The notes below the pieces were generated by a model. It did not search any database, had not been told where the DNA came from, and saw nothing but the letters and a program-made list of their open reading frames with translations. Shown here piece by piece: positions 23,311 through 34,739 of a DNA stretch of 64,000 bases (position 1 is its first letter; the number at the start of each line of letters is the position of its first letter). The translations under genes were made by a program, and so were the position numbers. The DNA is from Macrostomum lignano (taxonomy: Eukaryota), in the NCBI GenBank assembly GCA_002269645.1, contig NIVC01000046.1, positions 267,306-331,305 of the forward strand, written 5' to 3'.

Positions 23311-23504
23311 GGGCCGTATGCAGAAAGCTTAGTCCAGACTATCTAGTCCGGACTTGGCTAGTTCAGTCTATAGTCTATGGTCTAGCTAGCCTAGTTCTGT
23401 CTATAGTAGACCGGTCTAACTTTGTGTTTCTGCATACCAAATCCTAGTCTAGACTAGCTTTTCAAGACCGGATTACCCTAGACAGAGCTTTCTGCATACG
23501 GCCC
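23311..23504. mobile_element. MITE, PIF/Harbinger-like (194 bp)
   Basis: Perfect 19-bp TIR GGGCCGTATGCAGAAAGCT (23311-23329 / 23486-23504) flanked by a 3-bp TSD AAT on both sides. Confidence 0.85.
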
Positions 23505-23804
23505 AATGCCTGGGTCTCAATCGTTCAGTTTGCGGTTACTTCAAGGTTAGTTTCTATTTTACGCGTGTATTTCAGACCGTCCGTTGGATGCCTGCTGCTA
23601 AGATAATATTTATTTTTAGAATTCAGGCGCAGATTTTCGATTGTGCTACTAACTCACTCGGAATAGTAGCAAGCGAAGCTTTCTCTTAGACGGATCGTTG
23701 CTTAAATTTTTTAGTTCTGTGTATCAAATATTAACATTAAAATATCGTTTCAGTCATATTCTAAAATTATTTGGTAAATCTTATTAATTGTTTTTTAATA
23801 CTAA

Positions 23805-24140
23805 TACCTGATTTCCTAATCTGTGCAATGAAGATCCTATTTGATAAATCATGTTTTCCCTTCTATTTGTTTTCGGATTAAATATACACACAATAGTGCC
23901 TATTTTTTACAGGCATATTTTACTAATAGTATTATTTATTAAGTTACATAAATAAAAACCAATTAGTGATAAGTTTTGATGTCATTGATTTCTTGGTTGT
24001 ATTAAATGATTTATTGAGCAAATATTTATGAACAAATTGTATAAGTAAATATTCAACTATATGTTAATTATAAATGTCACTGATTATATTATGTTAATGT
24101 CGAAAACAGTTCCAAGTAAAAATACGTAATTCACAGCAAA
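23805..24140 (+). repeat. AT-rich dispersed repeat, copy 2
   Basis: Colinear similarity to 290-630. Confidence 0.7.
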
Positions 24141-24384
24141 TTCACGGAAGGGTTGCGTGTGTACGAAATTACATGAGTAAACGATTTGTCTGATTAGTTG
24201 CAGTGATGAACATGTGTTTTGCCTTGTACGAATCGCCAATGACTGACAAATGGATTATTAATTAGTGAACTACTTGCACCATTATCAGAGGGTCTAGTTG
24301 ATGTACGAGTGCATGTCATTCTGGTTCTCTTGTGGACATTTTTGTTGTTTTACTAGTGGTGGACATTGTTCACATATGGTGGAC

Positions 24385-24915
24385 ATCTTGGATTCGCAGG
24401 TGATTGACATCATGGGGTTTACAGGTGGTGGACATTATTGAATTTTGTTCACAGGTGGTGGACATTATTGAATTGGGTTCACAGGTGGTGGACATTATTG
24501 AATTGGGTTCACAGGTGAGGGACATTATTGAATTGGGTTCACAGGTGGTGGACATTATTGAATTGGGTTCTCAGGTGAGGGACATTATTGAATTGGGTTC
24601 ACAGGTGGTGGACATTATTGAATTGGGTTCACAGGTGGTGGACATTATTGAATTGGGTTCTCAGGTGAGGGACATTATTGAATTGGGTTCACAGGTGGTG
24701 GACATTATTGAATTGGGTTCACAGGTGGTGGACATTATTGAATTGGGCTCACAGGTGGTGGACATTATTGAATTGAGTTTACAGGTGGTGGACATTATTG
24801 AATTGGGCTCACAGGTGGTGGACATTATTGAATTGAGTTTACAGGTGGTGGACATTATTGAATTGGGTTCTCAGGTGGTAGAAATTATTGATTTGGGTTC
24901 TCAGGTGGTGGACAT
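24385..24915. repeat. 30-bp minisatellite (ACAGGTGGTGGACATTATTGAATTGGGTTC)
   Basis: About 17 tandem copies. Confidence 0.95.
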
Positions 24916-25118
24916 GCCACACATCTGGGTTCAAAGGTATGTATGTATCCATATAACTTCATTCATCAATAAATTTCCCCAAGGCTGATGGAGTCAGTCA
25001 GTGCTTCCTCTCAGCTTTTTTAATGATGCCTCAATTAGAAATCGAAATCAGTCCGGAGTCTGCAGTTTGGTCACGTGACTTTCATGTTCGAACAATTGAG
25101 ATGGCTATTTTTAGCTGC

Positions 25119-27268
25119 TCACTTAATCTCCTCCAGCACCTGCAGCCCCGCCTGCAGCTCTGACTCGATATCAGCTGCCATCGCGTCCTGCTTGCGGCAG
25201 TCCTCTTGCAGGCGTTCGAGCTCGCGATCTCGCCTGGCCAATTCCGTCTCAGCTGCCTCCGCCCGCTCCAGGGCTTCCGCAAAGCGGGTCTGAGAGGCAG
25301 GTTTGGAAATTTGGAAAATTGGCTTTGATTTGAATCTGGCTTTTCTGAGAATCCGTCTTGCTTTCGCAGAAGGCCTGAGACAAATCTGTATTTCTAAGAA
25401 ACCGTCCAAATTTTCTGAGAAACCTGCCCGCTCCGTTTCTAAACAGCTTAAAAGCCGATTTTAAAAATCTCCCCTGATTCATTTCTAAGAATCTGCATGC
25501 CTTTCCGCTTAGTTTCTAAGAATTCGTTTCTCTGATACGTTTCTAAGAATCTGTCTCTCTGATACGTTTCTAAGAATCTGTCTCTCTGATACGTTTCTAA
25601 GAATCTGTCTCTCTGATACGTTTCTAAGAATCTGTCTCTCTGATACGTTTCTAAGAATCTGTCTCTCTGATACGTTTCTAGGAATCTGTCTCTCTGATAC
25701 GTTTCTAAGAATCTGTCTCTCTGATACGTTTCTAGGAATCTGTCTCTCTGATACGTTTCTAAGAATCTGCCTCTCTGATACGTTTCTAAGAATCTGTCTC
25801 TCTGATACGTTTCTAAGAATCTGTCTCTCTGATACGTTTCTAGGAATCTGTCTCTCTGATACGTTTCTAAGAATCTGTCTCTCTGATACGTTTCTAGGAA
25901 TCTGTCTCTCTGATACGTTTCTAAGAATCTGCCTCTCTGATACGTTTCTAAGAATCTGTCTCTCTGATACGTTTCTAAGAATCTGCCTCTCTGCTACGTT
26001 CATAAGAATCTGCATCTTCGATACGTTTTTAAGAATCCGCCTCCAATCGCTTTCTAGGAATCTGCCACTCCGTTTCTAAGAAGCTGCCTCTGACTCTTTT
26101 CTAAGAATCTATCTACGATTGTTTTTCTAAGAAACTGCAGCTCCAATTTTCCTAGGATTACTCATCCTTTTTTACCTTTAAAAACTCCCCAAATTATTGG
26201 TCCTATCTAATCTCAAACTTCACCTTCAGCTGAGCAGCAGCTGTGTTCTGCTCATCCTCAGCCTCCGAAGCTTTTGAGCAACGCTGCTCAAACTCCTTGA
26301 CCTGCTCCTGCTCATCGGCCAGGGTTCTGGTCAGCTCATCCAGGGTGGCCTCCGCCGCGTCAGCCTTCGCTTCCACTCTGTCCGCTTCTGCTTCCGTGGC
26401 TTTTAATCGTCGAGATTCTTCTTCTAGAAGACGACTAGACTCGTCCAGGCGATTCTTGGCTTCCTTGAGCTTGATCTCCAGTTCGTCTACCGTTGCTTCC
26501 TTGTCGATTGTTGTGGATTGGGGGGTGGAAACTCTTCGATTTATCATTCCTTTAGGAAACTCGCAACCTAAACTAAAAGAATTGTCTAAACTCCCGGTAA
26601 GAATCACCCTAATCTCCTGTAGATAATCGCCTTAATCTCCACTAGATTATTGCCCTAATCTCACCTAGAGAATCGCCATAATCTCTCTTAGAGAATCATC
26701 CTAATCTCTCCTAGAGAATCGCCCTAAACTCTCCTAAAGAATCGCACTAATCTCTCCTAAAGAATAGCCCTAATCTGACCTAGAGAATCACCCTAATCTT
26801 CACTAGAGAATCGCCCTAATCTCCCCTAGATAATCGCCCTAATCTCTCCTAGAGAATCGCTCACCTGCTCATTGCTCGCCTTCTCTCTGGAGTTTCGCTC
26901 AGTCTCGGTGAGCTCAGCCTGATCCTGAGTATCAACCAGCTGCTGCTCCGCCTCGGCCAACCGCCTGGAGGCCGTATCGATCTCTCGCTCCAGCACCGCC
27001 ACCCGCCTCTCCTGGTCCTCTCGCTCCGCGTCCAGCGCCTCGCGTTTCGATCGTTCCTCCTAATTGTTTGAGAGATGGCAGGGAGGAGCTTCTATATTAA
27101 TAGAAGAGAAAGGGAGAGAGAGAGGGAGAGAGAGGGAGAGGGAGAGAGAGAGGGAGAGAGAGAGGGAGAGAGAGAGAGAGAGTTGGTGACGGAGAGAGAG
27201 AAAAAGTTGGTGACGGAGAGAGAGAGAGAGAGAGAGAGTTGGTGACGGAGAGAGAGAAAAAGTTGGTG

Positions 27269-27352
<84 letters not shown>

Positions 27353-27582
27353 GATGACGGAGAGAGTTGATGACGGAGAGAGAGAGTTGGTAATGGAAGC
27401 GGGAGAAGAAAGCAATTTGTGAGCTCGTGAACCAAAATATTGAAAAGGAGCAACCTTAAAGTCAGCTCCAGACGAAAGCAGCTCACCTTGAGTTTAGTTC
27501 GAATCTCCTCAATTTCAGCCGTTTTATCCTCGAACTCATTTCGCATCGTCTGTACTCGATTTTTCAAATCCGCCATCGCCAT
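25119..27582 (-). CDS. Divergent short-form tropomyosin-like protein, 245 aa, 4 exons
   Basis: Exons 27582-27487, 27059-26865, 26499-26224 and 25289-25119, all phase 0 and GT-AG. Continuous coiled coil; ERRVAVLEREIDTASRRLAEAEQQL and DELEIKLKEAK match tropomyosin landmarks (NRRIQLVEEELDRAQERLA, ELQEIQLKEAK). Confidence 0.8.
25510..26035. repeat. 27-bp intronic minisatellite (TTTCTAAGAATCTGTCTCTCTGATACG)
   Basis: About 19 copies in tropomyosin intron 3. Confidence 0.95.
26605..26860. repeat. 23-bp intronic minisatellite (AATCGCCCTAATCTCTCCTAGAG)
   Basis: About 11 degenerate copies in tropomyosin intron 2. Confidence 0.9.
27105..27385. repeat. Compound (GA)n microsatellite with GTTGGTGACG spacers
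   Basis: Seen directly; lies in tropomyosin intron 1. Confidence 0.95.
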
Positions 27583-28232
27583 CTTGAGTGCTTTCTAATT
27601 TCTTTATTTCTTTCCACAAAGATTATTTGAAGAATGCAGCAGAGGATTCCGAACTTGCCAACCTGGGCTAAGGTTAGTAGAAATAGAAAATTAAAGGGCT
27701 GGGTGGTGTTCTACTAACAATATTAACCTGCGCTCTGTGCGGCTACTACCTTAGGTATTTGAATTAGAAATGCCAAGATCTGCTTCTCTCTTCCTTTCTT
27801 ACCTCCAGCAATTTTTTTCTGTGCTCTTTTCTCTCTGCTCAGTTTAGCTCTGCTGTCCGAAAGCCGGACCAAAACCCACCAGCTACGAGACCCACTCACT
27901 CTCTGACCCCTGCCTGTAACTGGGTGGGGGGGGGGCTACGCAGTTCTGTGCGCACATGGCATTAGCTTTAATCGCTGGTCTAAATGTAGCTCTCTGCAAT
28001 TCAGCAAATAAGCCCTAATATGCTCACTCGATTACTCACACACACTCTCTCTTGGTACTGTTTATGCATGCAGTTAATAAAATTCAGACTACAGCTCTAA
28101 GTTGAATCGGGTCAAGTTGTCTGTATCTTTATCAAGGTGTAAAATTCGTTTCATTCACTATCACAATTTACATTTAAAAGACAAGACTGTAAGCAAAAAG
28201 TCTTACAGATCCGATAGTGTCTGTATGGCATT

Positions 28233-28545
28233 CATTACAGTGTCTGTTACAGTGTCTGTTACAGTGTGTGTTTCAGTGTCTGTTACAGTGTCTGTTACAG
28301 TGTCTGTTACAGTGTCTTTTAATTTCTGTTACAGTGTCTGTTACAGTGTCTTTTAATTTCTGTTACAGTGCCTGCTACAGTGCCTGTTACAGTGTCTGTT
28401 ACAGTGCCTGCTACAGTGCCTGTTACAGTGTCTGTTGCAGTGTCTGTTACAGTGTCTGTTACAGTGTCTGTTAGTGTCTGTTACAGTGTCTGTTACAGTG
28501 TCTGTTACAGTGTCTGTTACAGTGTCTGTTACAGTGTCTGTTACG
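28233..28545. repeat. 12-bp minisatellite (TTACAGTGTCTG)
   Basis: Seen directly. Confidence 0.95.
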
Positions 28546-28982
28546 ACATGAATGTCGAATAAAACCAGGAGATATGTTGTCAAATGGCTAAATTTAATAA
28601 ATGGCCAAAATTTTATAATTTAAAAATCGTCTGTAGTTTATTCTTTTGATCATTACAGTTTTTTGCCGTCAACAGAATCAAATACTGGGATGCCATATCA
28701 CAGAAATGTCTACTTGTAGAAACACCAAAACAAACGTGCATTAAATTTACAAAAATTATAAAATATTGACTTCATGTCGATTTGTTTGTCAGCAGTAGAA
28801 CGAGAAGGCAGGTTGGGTTAGTGGATACAATTAAAACAAAACAACTTTTGAAGAAAGCATAAAAATTCGTGTAAAATATTTTCTTTGATTAAATTTACTA
28901 ACGTATAATCTCCGTGGATTACTGCTAATAAACACTCTAAATTATATTCTTTCATTTTAATTTTTTCAGTATTCTACGAGCG

Positions 28983-29800
28983 TATCTGACCAACTCCTGA
29001 CTGATCTTTCTGACCAACTCCTGACTGACCTATCTGACCAACTCCTGACTGACCTTTCTGACCAACTCCTGACTGACCTCTCTGACCAACTCCTGACTGA
29101 CCTATCTGACCAACTCCTGACTGACCTTTCTGACCAACTCCTGACTGACCTCTCTGACCAACTCCTGACTGACCTCTCTGACCAACTCCTGACTGACCTT
29201 TCTGACCAACTCCTGACTGACCTATCTGACCAACTCCTGACTGACCTATCTGACCAACTCCTGACTGACCTATCTGACCAACTCCTGACTGACCTAACTG
29301 ACCAACTCCTGACTGACCTTTCTGACCAACTCCTGACTGACCTATCTGACCAACTCCTGACTGACCTATCTGACCAACTCCTGACTGACCTATCTGACCA
29401 ACTCCTGACTGACCTAACTGACCAACTCCTGACTGACCTATCTGATCAACTCCTGACTGACCTAACTGATCAACTCCTGACTGACCTAACTGACCAACTC
29501 CTGACTGACCTATCTGACTAACTCCTGACTGACCTAACTGACCAACTCCTGACTGACCTATCTTTGATTTTTATATTTTCAGTATTCTACGTGCGTATTT
29601 GACCAACTCCTGACTGACCTTTCTGACCAACTCCTGACTGACCTCTCTGACCAACTCCTGACTGACCTCTCTGACCAACTCCTGACTGACCTTTCTGACC
29701 AACAACTCCTGACCTATCCGATAAACTTATGACTTATCTGACGAAATCTTGACTCATCTGACCAAATTCTGACCGACCCCACTAATTCCTGACCAACCTG
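28983..29800. repeat. 24-bp minisatellite (TCTGACCAACTCCTGACTGACCTA)
   Basis: About 30 copies, degenerating at the right end. Confidence 0.95.
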
Positions 29801-29986
29801 ACCAACTGCAGAACATATTTTCTGCAGCTTATGCATATTTTACGCAAAAAACATGCACAAAAAATTCTTATTGATATATTCGAGTTAATAAAAAGCATGT
29901 ACCTTCGGCTACACTGAAGAGTGTCAATCAAATATAAACCAATAAATGCAACTTATCGAGTGGCTCTTCTAGTTATTAACTCTCAG

Positions 29987-31561
29987 TCAGGCAAGCCTGG
30001 GCGAGCCCAGTTCACCCTCCGTGAGCTCCTTGGTCCACTCGTACAGCATCTCAGCCTCAGCTTCATCCCATTCCTCCTCATCTCCATCGTCCTCAAACAG
30101 GCTCTCGCGGCCTTCTTCGCCGCGAACTTCGCCCCCGGGTCCATCCCGCCTGAGCCAGCTGTCCTCATCATAGTTGTTGTTGTCATGGCGATGATTGTCA
30201 CCAGCAGGTTGGCTGGAGTCGCTGCCGCTGAGCAGGTACAAATCTCGCATCTTGTTGGCGCGGGACACCGCCCTGCTGGACCTGCGGCTGGTGCCGCCCG
30301 CCATGCCACCGCCTTCGGCTGCCTGCCATTTCTGCTTGCGAGCCGCCATCCGCTGCCGGTCCTCCGCAGTCAGCCTCGGAGCCTCGACCTCAGCCAGGAC
30401 CCGCAGCTGCTCCCTGCGAACCTCCTGACTGGACGGCAGGGCGGTCAGCAGCGGCAGATGACGTTGAAGTCGCTGCGTCATTCGACGAGTGGCCAAAAAG
30501 TCGAAGACGTCTCGGAAGACCGTGTGCCGCGGTGCCGCCTGACTTGTCAGCTGGCGCCAGGTGTTGGCCTGCGGGGAGGGGGGATCTGCCGAATGAATGA
30601 CACATCTGACCAACTGATGACACATCTGACCAACTGATGACACATCAGACCAACTGATGACACATCAGACCAACTGAAGACACATCTGACCAACTGATGA
30701 CACATCAGACCAACTGAAGACACATCAGACCAACTGAAGACACATCAGACCAACTGAAGACACATCTGAACAACTGAAGACACATCTGACCAAATTAAAG
30801 ACACATCTGACCAGTTTAAGACACATCTGTTCAATTTAGAGACACATCTGACCAATTTAAGACACGTTTGACCAATTTAAAGACACATCTGACCAAATTA
30901 AATACTCATCTGACCAATTTAAAGACACATCTGACCAATTTAAAGACAGATCTGACCAATTTAAAGACACATCTGACCAAATTTGAGACACATCTGACTA
31001 CAATACTACAATCCGTCTACAATATCATACCAATCACTCCTTTCACAATGGACTGTCTTGAGAACGCATCACTTACCTTTCCTCCCATGTCAGCTCCGGT
31101 CTCATCCGTGACAGCCAACAGTCTCATGAAGTCCTTCACAGTGACAACGTCAGTCTCATCAGCCACTTGATGCTGCAGTCTCATCAACTCGTCCTGCAGC
31201 ATCAGATCATAGTACTTTCTGTTGCCCATCAGCTTGGCAGACTGAGCAGCCGCATCGGTCTCTGCCCGAATCGTGCCCTTGCCAGTGACGTACTTCACCG
31301 ACAGCCGGTGTCCAGGTAGATCTTGTACAATATCCTTGGCGGAAATTCGGTGCCACCGAATCTGAATCGAATCTTCAACTGCAAAAGGTTTTGATCTTTG
31401 CTAAAGAAATCGGCCTCTTTCGGGGCGAGTTTTCTGAGAATCTCGTGAGTCAGGGAGTGCTCGGCAGCCGCGACGGTGCATTTGAGCAAGCGAAACACCT
31501 GCCGGTTTTTGTAGCCAAGCCAGGCTCGCTGGATCCTGCTGGCTGCTTGATTTCGGTTCAT
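29987..31561 (-). CDS. CXorf58-like protein (core exons; 1-nt frameshift at ~31299)
   Basis: AASRIQRAWLGYKNRQVFRLLKCTVAAAEHSLTHEILRKLAPKEA..KIRFRFGGTEFPPRILYKIYL, KYVTGK..KLMGNRKYYDLMLQDE..DVVTVKDF and NTWRQL..RRS.RA..RANKMRDLY follow human CXorf58 motifs in order. Donor GTAAGT after GGK (~31077); acceptor CCGCAG at ~30571. Upstream exons unresolved. Confidence 0.8.
30598..30998. repeat. 20/21-bp intronic minisatellite (GACACATCTGACCAACTGAT to GACACATCTGACCAATTTAAA)
   Basis: The unit drifts along the array; it fills the CXorf58-like intron. Confidence 0.92.
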
Positions 31562-32912
31562 CTCTGTCAGGGAGTTGAGGTGAGCAAATTCAGAGAATTC
31601 AATGCATTAAGGAGCAAGGCGATATTAAGTTAGCTTGGGTCGGTCGGTTGAATTTGAATTTGTTGTCACTGGTAACGGTCTGAGCAAGAGGAAGGCTTAC
31701 CAAAGTGAGGCCGACACTGCAGTACACTTGGCAGTCTGTACTCTCCGATTACTATGCACTGTACAAGTTTCGGGGCAGCAGGTGGAAAGAATGGGGGAGA
31801 GAGAGAGAGGGCCAGGCCAGACCTCTAGCTGACGCAGCTGCTAACCTCTCCCCAGTTTCAATGTACATTTCAGCTTCACGCACGTAGAATTTTAGATTTT
31901 CTCTTACTACGCGAGAGAAAACGCTGTAAATGCTACTTAATAAAGCTACGAGTAGAGTAGTTCGCAAGTTCTTTGTTTCTGTAGATTGCAGGGACAAGCA
32001 GATTGTTAGTTACTTGAAGAACTGGTAAGAAAAACTGCGATGCTTAAGAGACTCTTAAGGAAACATCTCAGCAGGTGATCTGCTTCTCAGGCTCTTAGTT
32101 AACCTGAATGTGCAATGCAGTACTGACACTTACTAATGATAGCTGAGCTCATACTGCTCTCTACTCACGATTAGACATGATGAATATCTTCCCTTGTAGT
32201 TAAACTGCTCTGGGGAGGCACAGGTTCGCGCTCTCCCGCTGAGAGCAAACTATATCAACTCTCTGGATGAGTCTCTGAAAGATGCAGGGGCAGGGACACA
32301 GCAGCCGGCAGTTGCTAGGCAGTGCTCTTGTCTCCCTCCACATCATTTCAACACGATAAATTCTACTGCGTTCTGTTTCTGCTTTTAAGCAGATAAGCAA
32401 CAAAAAATTTACGGCAAGCCAGTTGCTTACCACAATTTCGGAGAAGGCAAGACACAAAGGCATCTAAGTTTAAAGGTAAGTCCAGGAATATTCGAGGCAA
32501 AGATTTTTTTAGTGACTGCACGTGCGAACAAAATCAATCAGAATGGAATTTCAAAGAGCTTCAAGCAGTTTTGTCAGTGGCATCTACAAATTAGGGCCCA
32601 AAAGACATGAATAGCACTAAATGGGACAAAGCGACCCCATGGATTGATTCCGTGCAGCAAAGCTCTCTTCATTTGAGGATTGAATTGTAACACAAAAATG
32701 GCATCCCGGTGGGTGGTCATGCCATTCACACCCGTGAGGACCAGCCCCAAAGCACATGCCTGACGATTAAAAAGTTACAAGGTCCGTGGAAGTCAACGGA
32801 ATGAGCAGAATTGACGCCCCAGCGCTGGTTATGGGATCGTGGAGGATGTTACCGCTATGCAGACTGCCCACAACTCTTTTTCCCCAGACCGACAGACCAG
32901 ACACAGTGAGCC

Positions 32913-33548
32913 ATGGCAGACCGCGAGCCGGAGAGCAACGAGGACACCCTGCCACCAATGCAGACAGTCGGTTCTGTGGGCACCGGGAAGCCTTCCGCTG
33001 CCACGGCGTCGTCAAACTCGCAGCCGCCGGTCACCGGACGTCGCGGAACCATGACGTCCGGAGCTCTCGGACCTCGGCGCTCGATTGTTGGCGGCCTGCT
33101 GGGCCGGACCGCCCTGATGTCGCTGGGCAACCTTGCCAATAGCCGTCGGAGCAAGGCGCAGGAAATCCGCCTGGAAAACACCTACCGGATGCAGCCCAAA
33201 CAGGAGGAGCGCCTCCGCGGCTTCCGACTCAAGCCGATTCTGACCGACACCCTGACGGAGGCCCTGGCCAGCTACCAGTACGACCCCGCAACCGCCGGCC
33301 GCAGAGCCTGCGACATCGCCCAGATGATCCGGAACCGAGTGAAGGAGGCCGGCTTTGAGCGGTACAAGTTCGTCGTGTTCGTCCTGCTGCTGCAGTGCCC
33401 GAAGAAGCCGGGCGATGCCGGCGGAGCCTGTCTTGCCAGCAGGGCGCTCTGGTCGCCTGGCGAATGCGCCGACAATTGCATCGAGGCGGAGGTGGCGGGG
33501 CCAACGGCCAGAGGCCACGCTACTCTTCATGCACTCTACTATGAGTAG
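32913..33548 (+). CDS. Tctex1-domain dynein light chain (TCTEX1D/DYNLT-like), single exon, 211 aa
   Basis: LENTYRMQP...ILTDTL...YQYDP....RACDIAQMIRNRVK..GFERYKFVV..SRALW...DN....ALYYE is the Tctex-1 family signature. Confidence 0.88.
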   Translation: MADREPESNEDTLPPMQTVGSVGTGKPSAATASSNSQPPVTGRRGTMTSGALGPRRSIVGGLLGRTALMSLGNLANSRRSKAQEIRLENTYRMQPKQEERLRGFRLKPILTDTLTEALASYQYDPATAGRRACDIAQMIRNRVKEAGFERYKFVVFVLLLQCPKKPGDAGGACLASRALWSPGECADNCIEAEVAGPTARGHATLHALYYE

Positions 33549-33861
33549 GATATTAGCGTACTGTTGGAATTTTTAAATTTATTTACAGAAAGCAAAATTT
33601 TATTGATAAAATAATTATTTTTGAGGCCGAATAATAATGCTTGCAACTTCAAGTTAAAAGTACACATGCCCTTAAAGTTTAATTAACATAACTTTTCTGT
33701 GTTTTTTGTTTAAACTAAATAATTTTCTGTACATGTACACGTGTGCAAAATAAAACACTAATGTCTTAAAAAAAATTATTCAAAGATTCTGTTCGCATCT
33801 CAACGTAGGGTATTTCAAAGATTCCAAGGCTAAATTGGAAGTTGCTGAGATGCCCCGGCTC

Positions 33862-34335
33862 AATTATCGCCATTGCTACCCATTGGCGCCATTGCTATCC
33901 CATTGGCGCCATCGCTATCCCATTGGCGCCATCGCTATCCCAGGGGCGCCATTGCTATCCTATTGGCGCCATCGCTATCCCATTGGCGCCATTGCTATCC
34001 CATTGGCGCCATTGCTATCCTATTGGCGCCATCGCTATCCCATTGGCGCCATTGCTATCCCATTGGCGCCATCGCTATCCCATTGGCGCCATCGCTATCC
34101 CATTGGCGCCATCGCTATCCCATTGGCGCCATCGCTATCCCATTGGCGCCATCGCTATCCCATTGGCGCCATCGCTATCCCATTGGCGCCATCGCTATCC
34201 CAGGGGCGCCATCGCTATCCCATTGGCGCCATTGCTATCCCATTGGCGCCATCGCTATCCCATTGGCGCCATCGCTATCCCATTGGCGCCATTGCTATCC
34301 CATTGGCGCCATCGCTATCCCATTGGCGCCATCGC
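33862..34335. repeat. 20-bp minisatellite (CCCATTGGCGCCATCGCTAT)
   Basis: About 23 copies. Confidence 0.95.
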
Positions 34336-34739
34336 ACACAGCACATAGAATTCGATGATGAGATAATCCTGGGCTGCAATACACAGACCCTGCATGCTGC
34401 ACAATGACACCGGAAATAGCAAGCATTTAAACTGTGTTCACACAATTAATTCAGCGTTAAATTTTATTTTCACAAGGATCAAACGTGGCTGACGACCTGT
34501 GATAAATCTGTGACATCCGCGCACCGCGGGCTACACTGACACTTTGCACTGCAATGGTCTTATCAATTTTCTTATCTCAACGAACATAGCGCTTTCTAAC
34601 GTTCTGCCACTGTGTCATTCCTAATGCGTGAATATACAATGTTCAAAGTTTTGTTCTGAAGAACTTTTTCTAGTTTTCTTAAAGTGGAAGTCGAATAACT
34701 CTCAGACCGAGATCGGTAAGGCTCGGCATTGCCAGCAAA

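Noticed and set aside
24404-26015. QVVDIIELGS and RQILRNVSE repeat ORFs that look like repeat proteins
   Set aside because: They coincide exactly with 30-bp and 27-bp minisatellites; the latter is inside a tropomyosin intron
33835-34407. HWRHRYPIGAIAIPLAPSL repeat ORFs
   Set aside because: A 20-bp minisatellite open in all three frames
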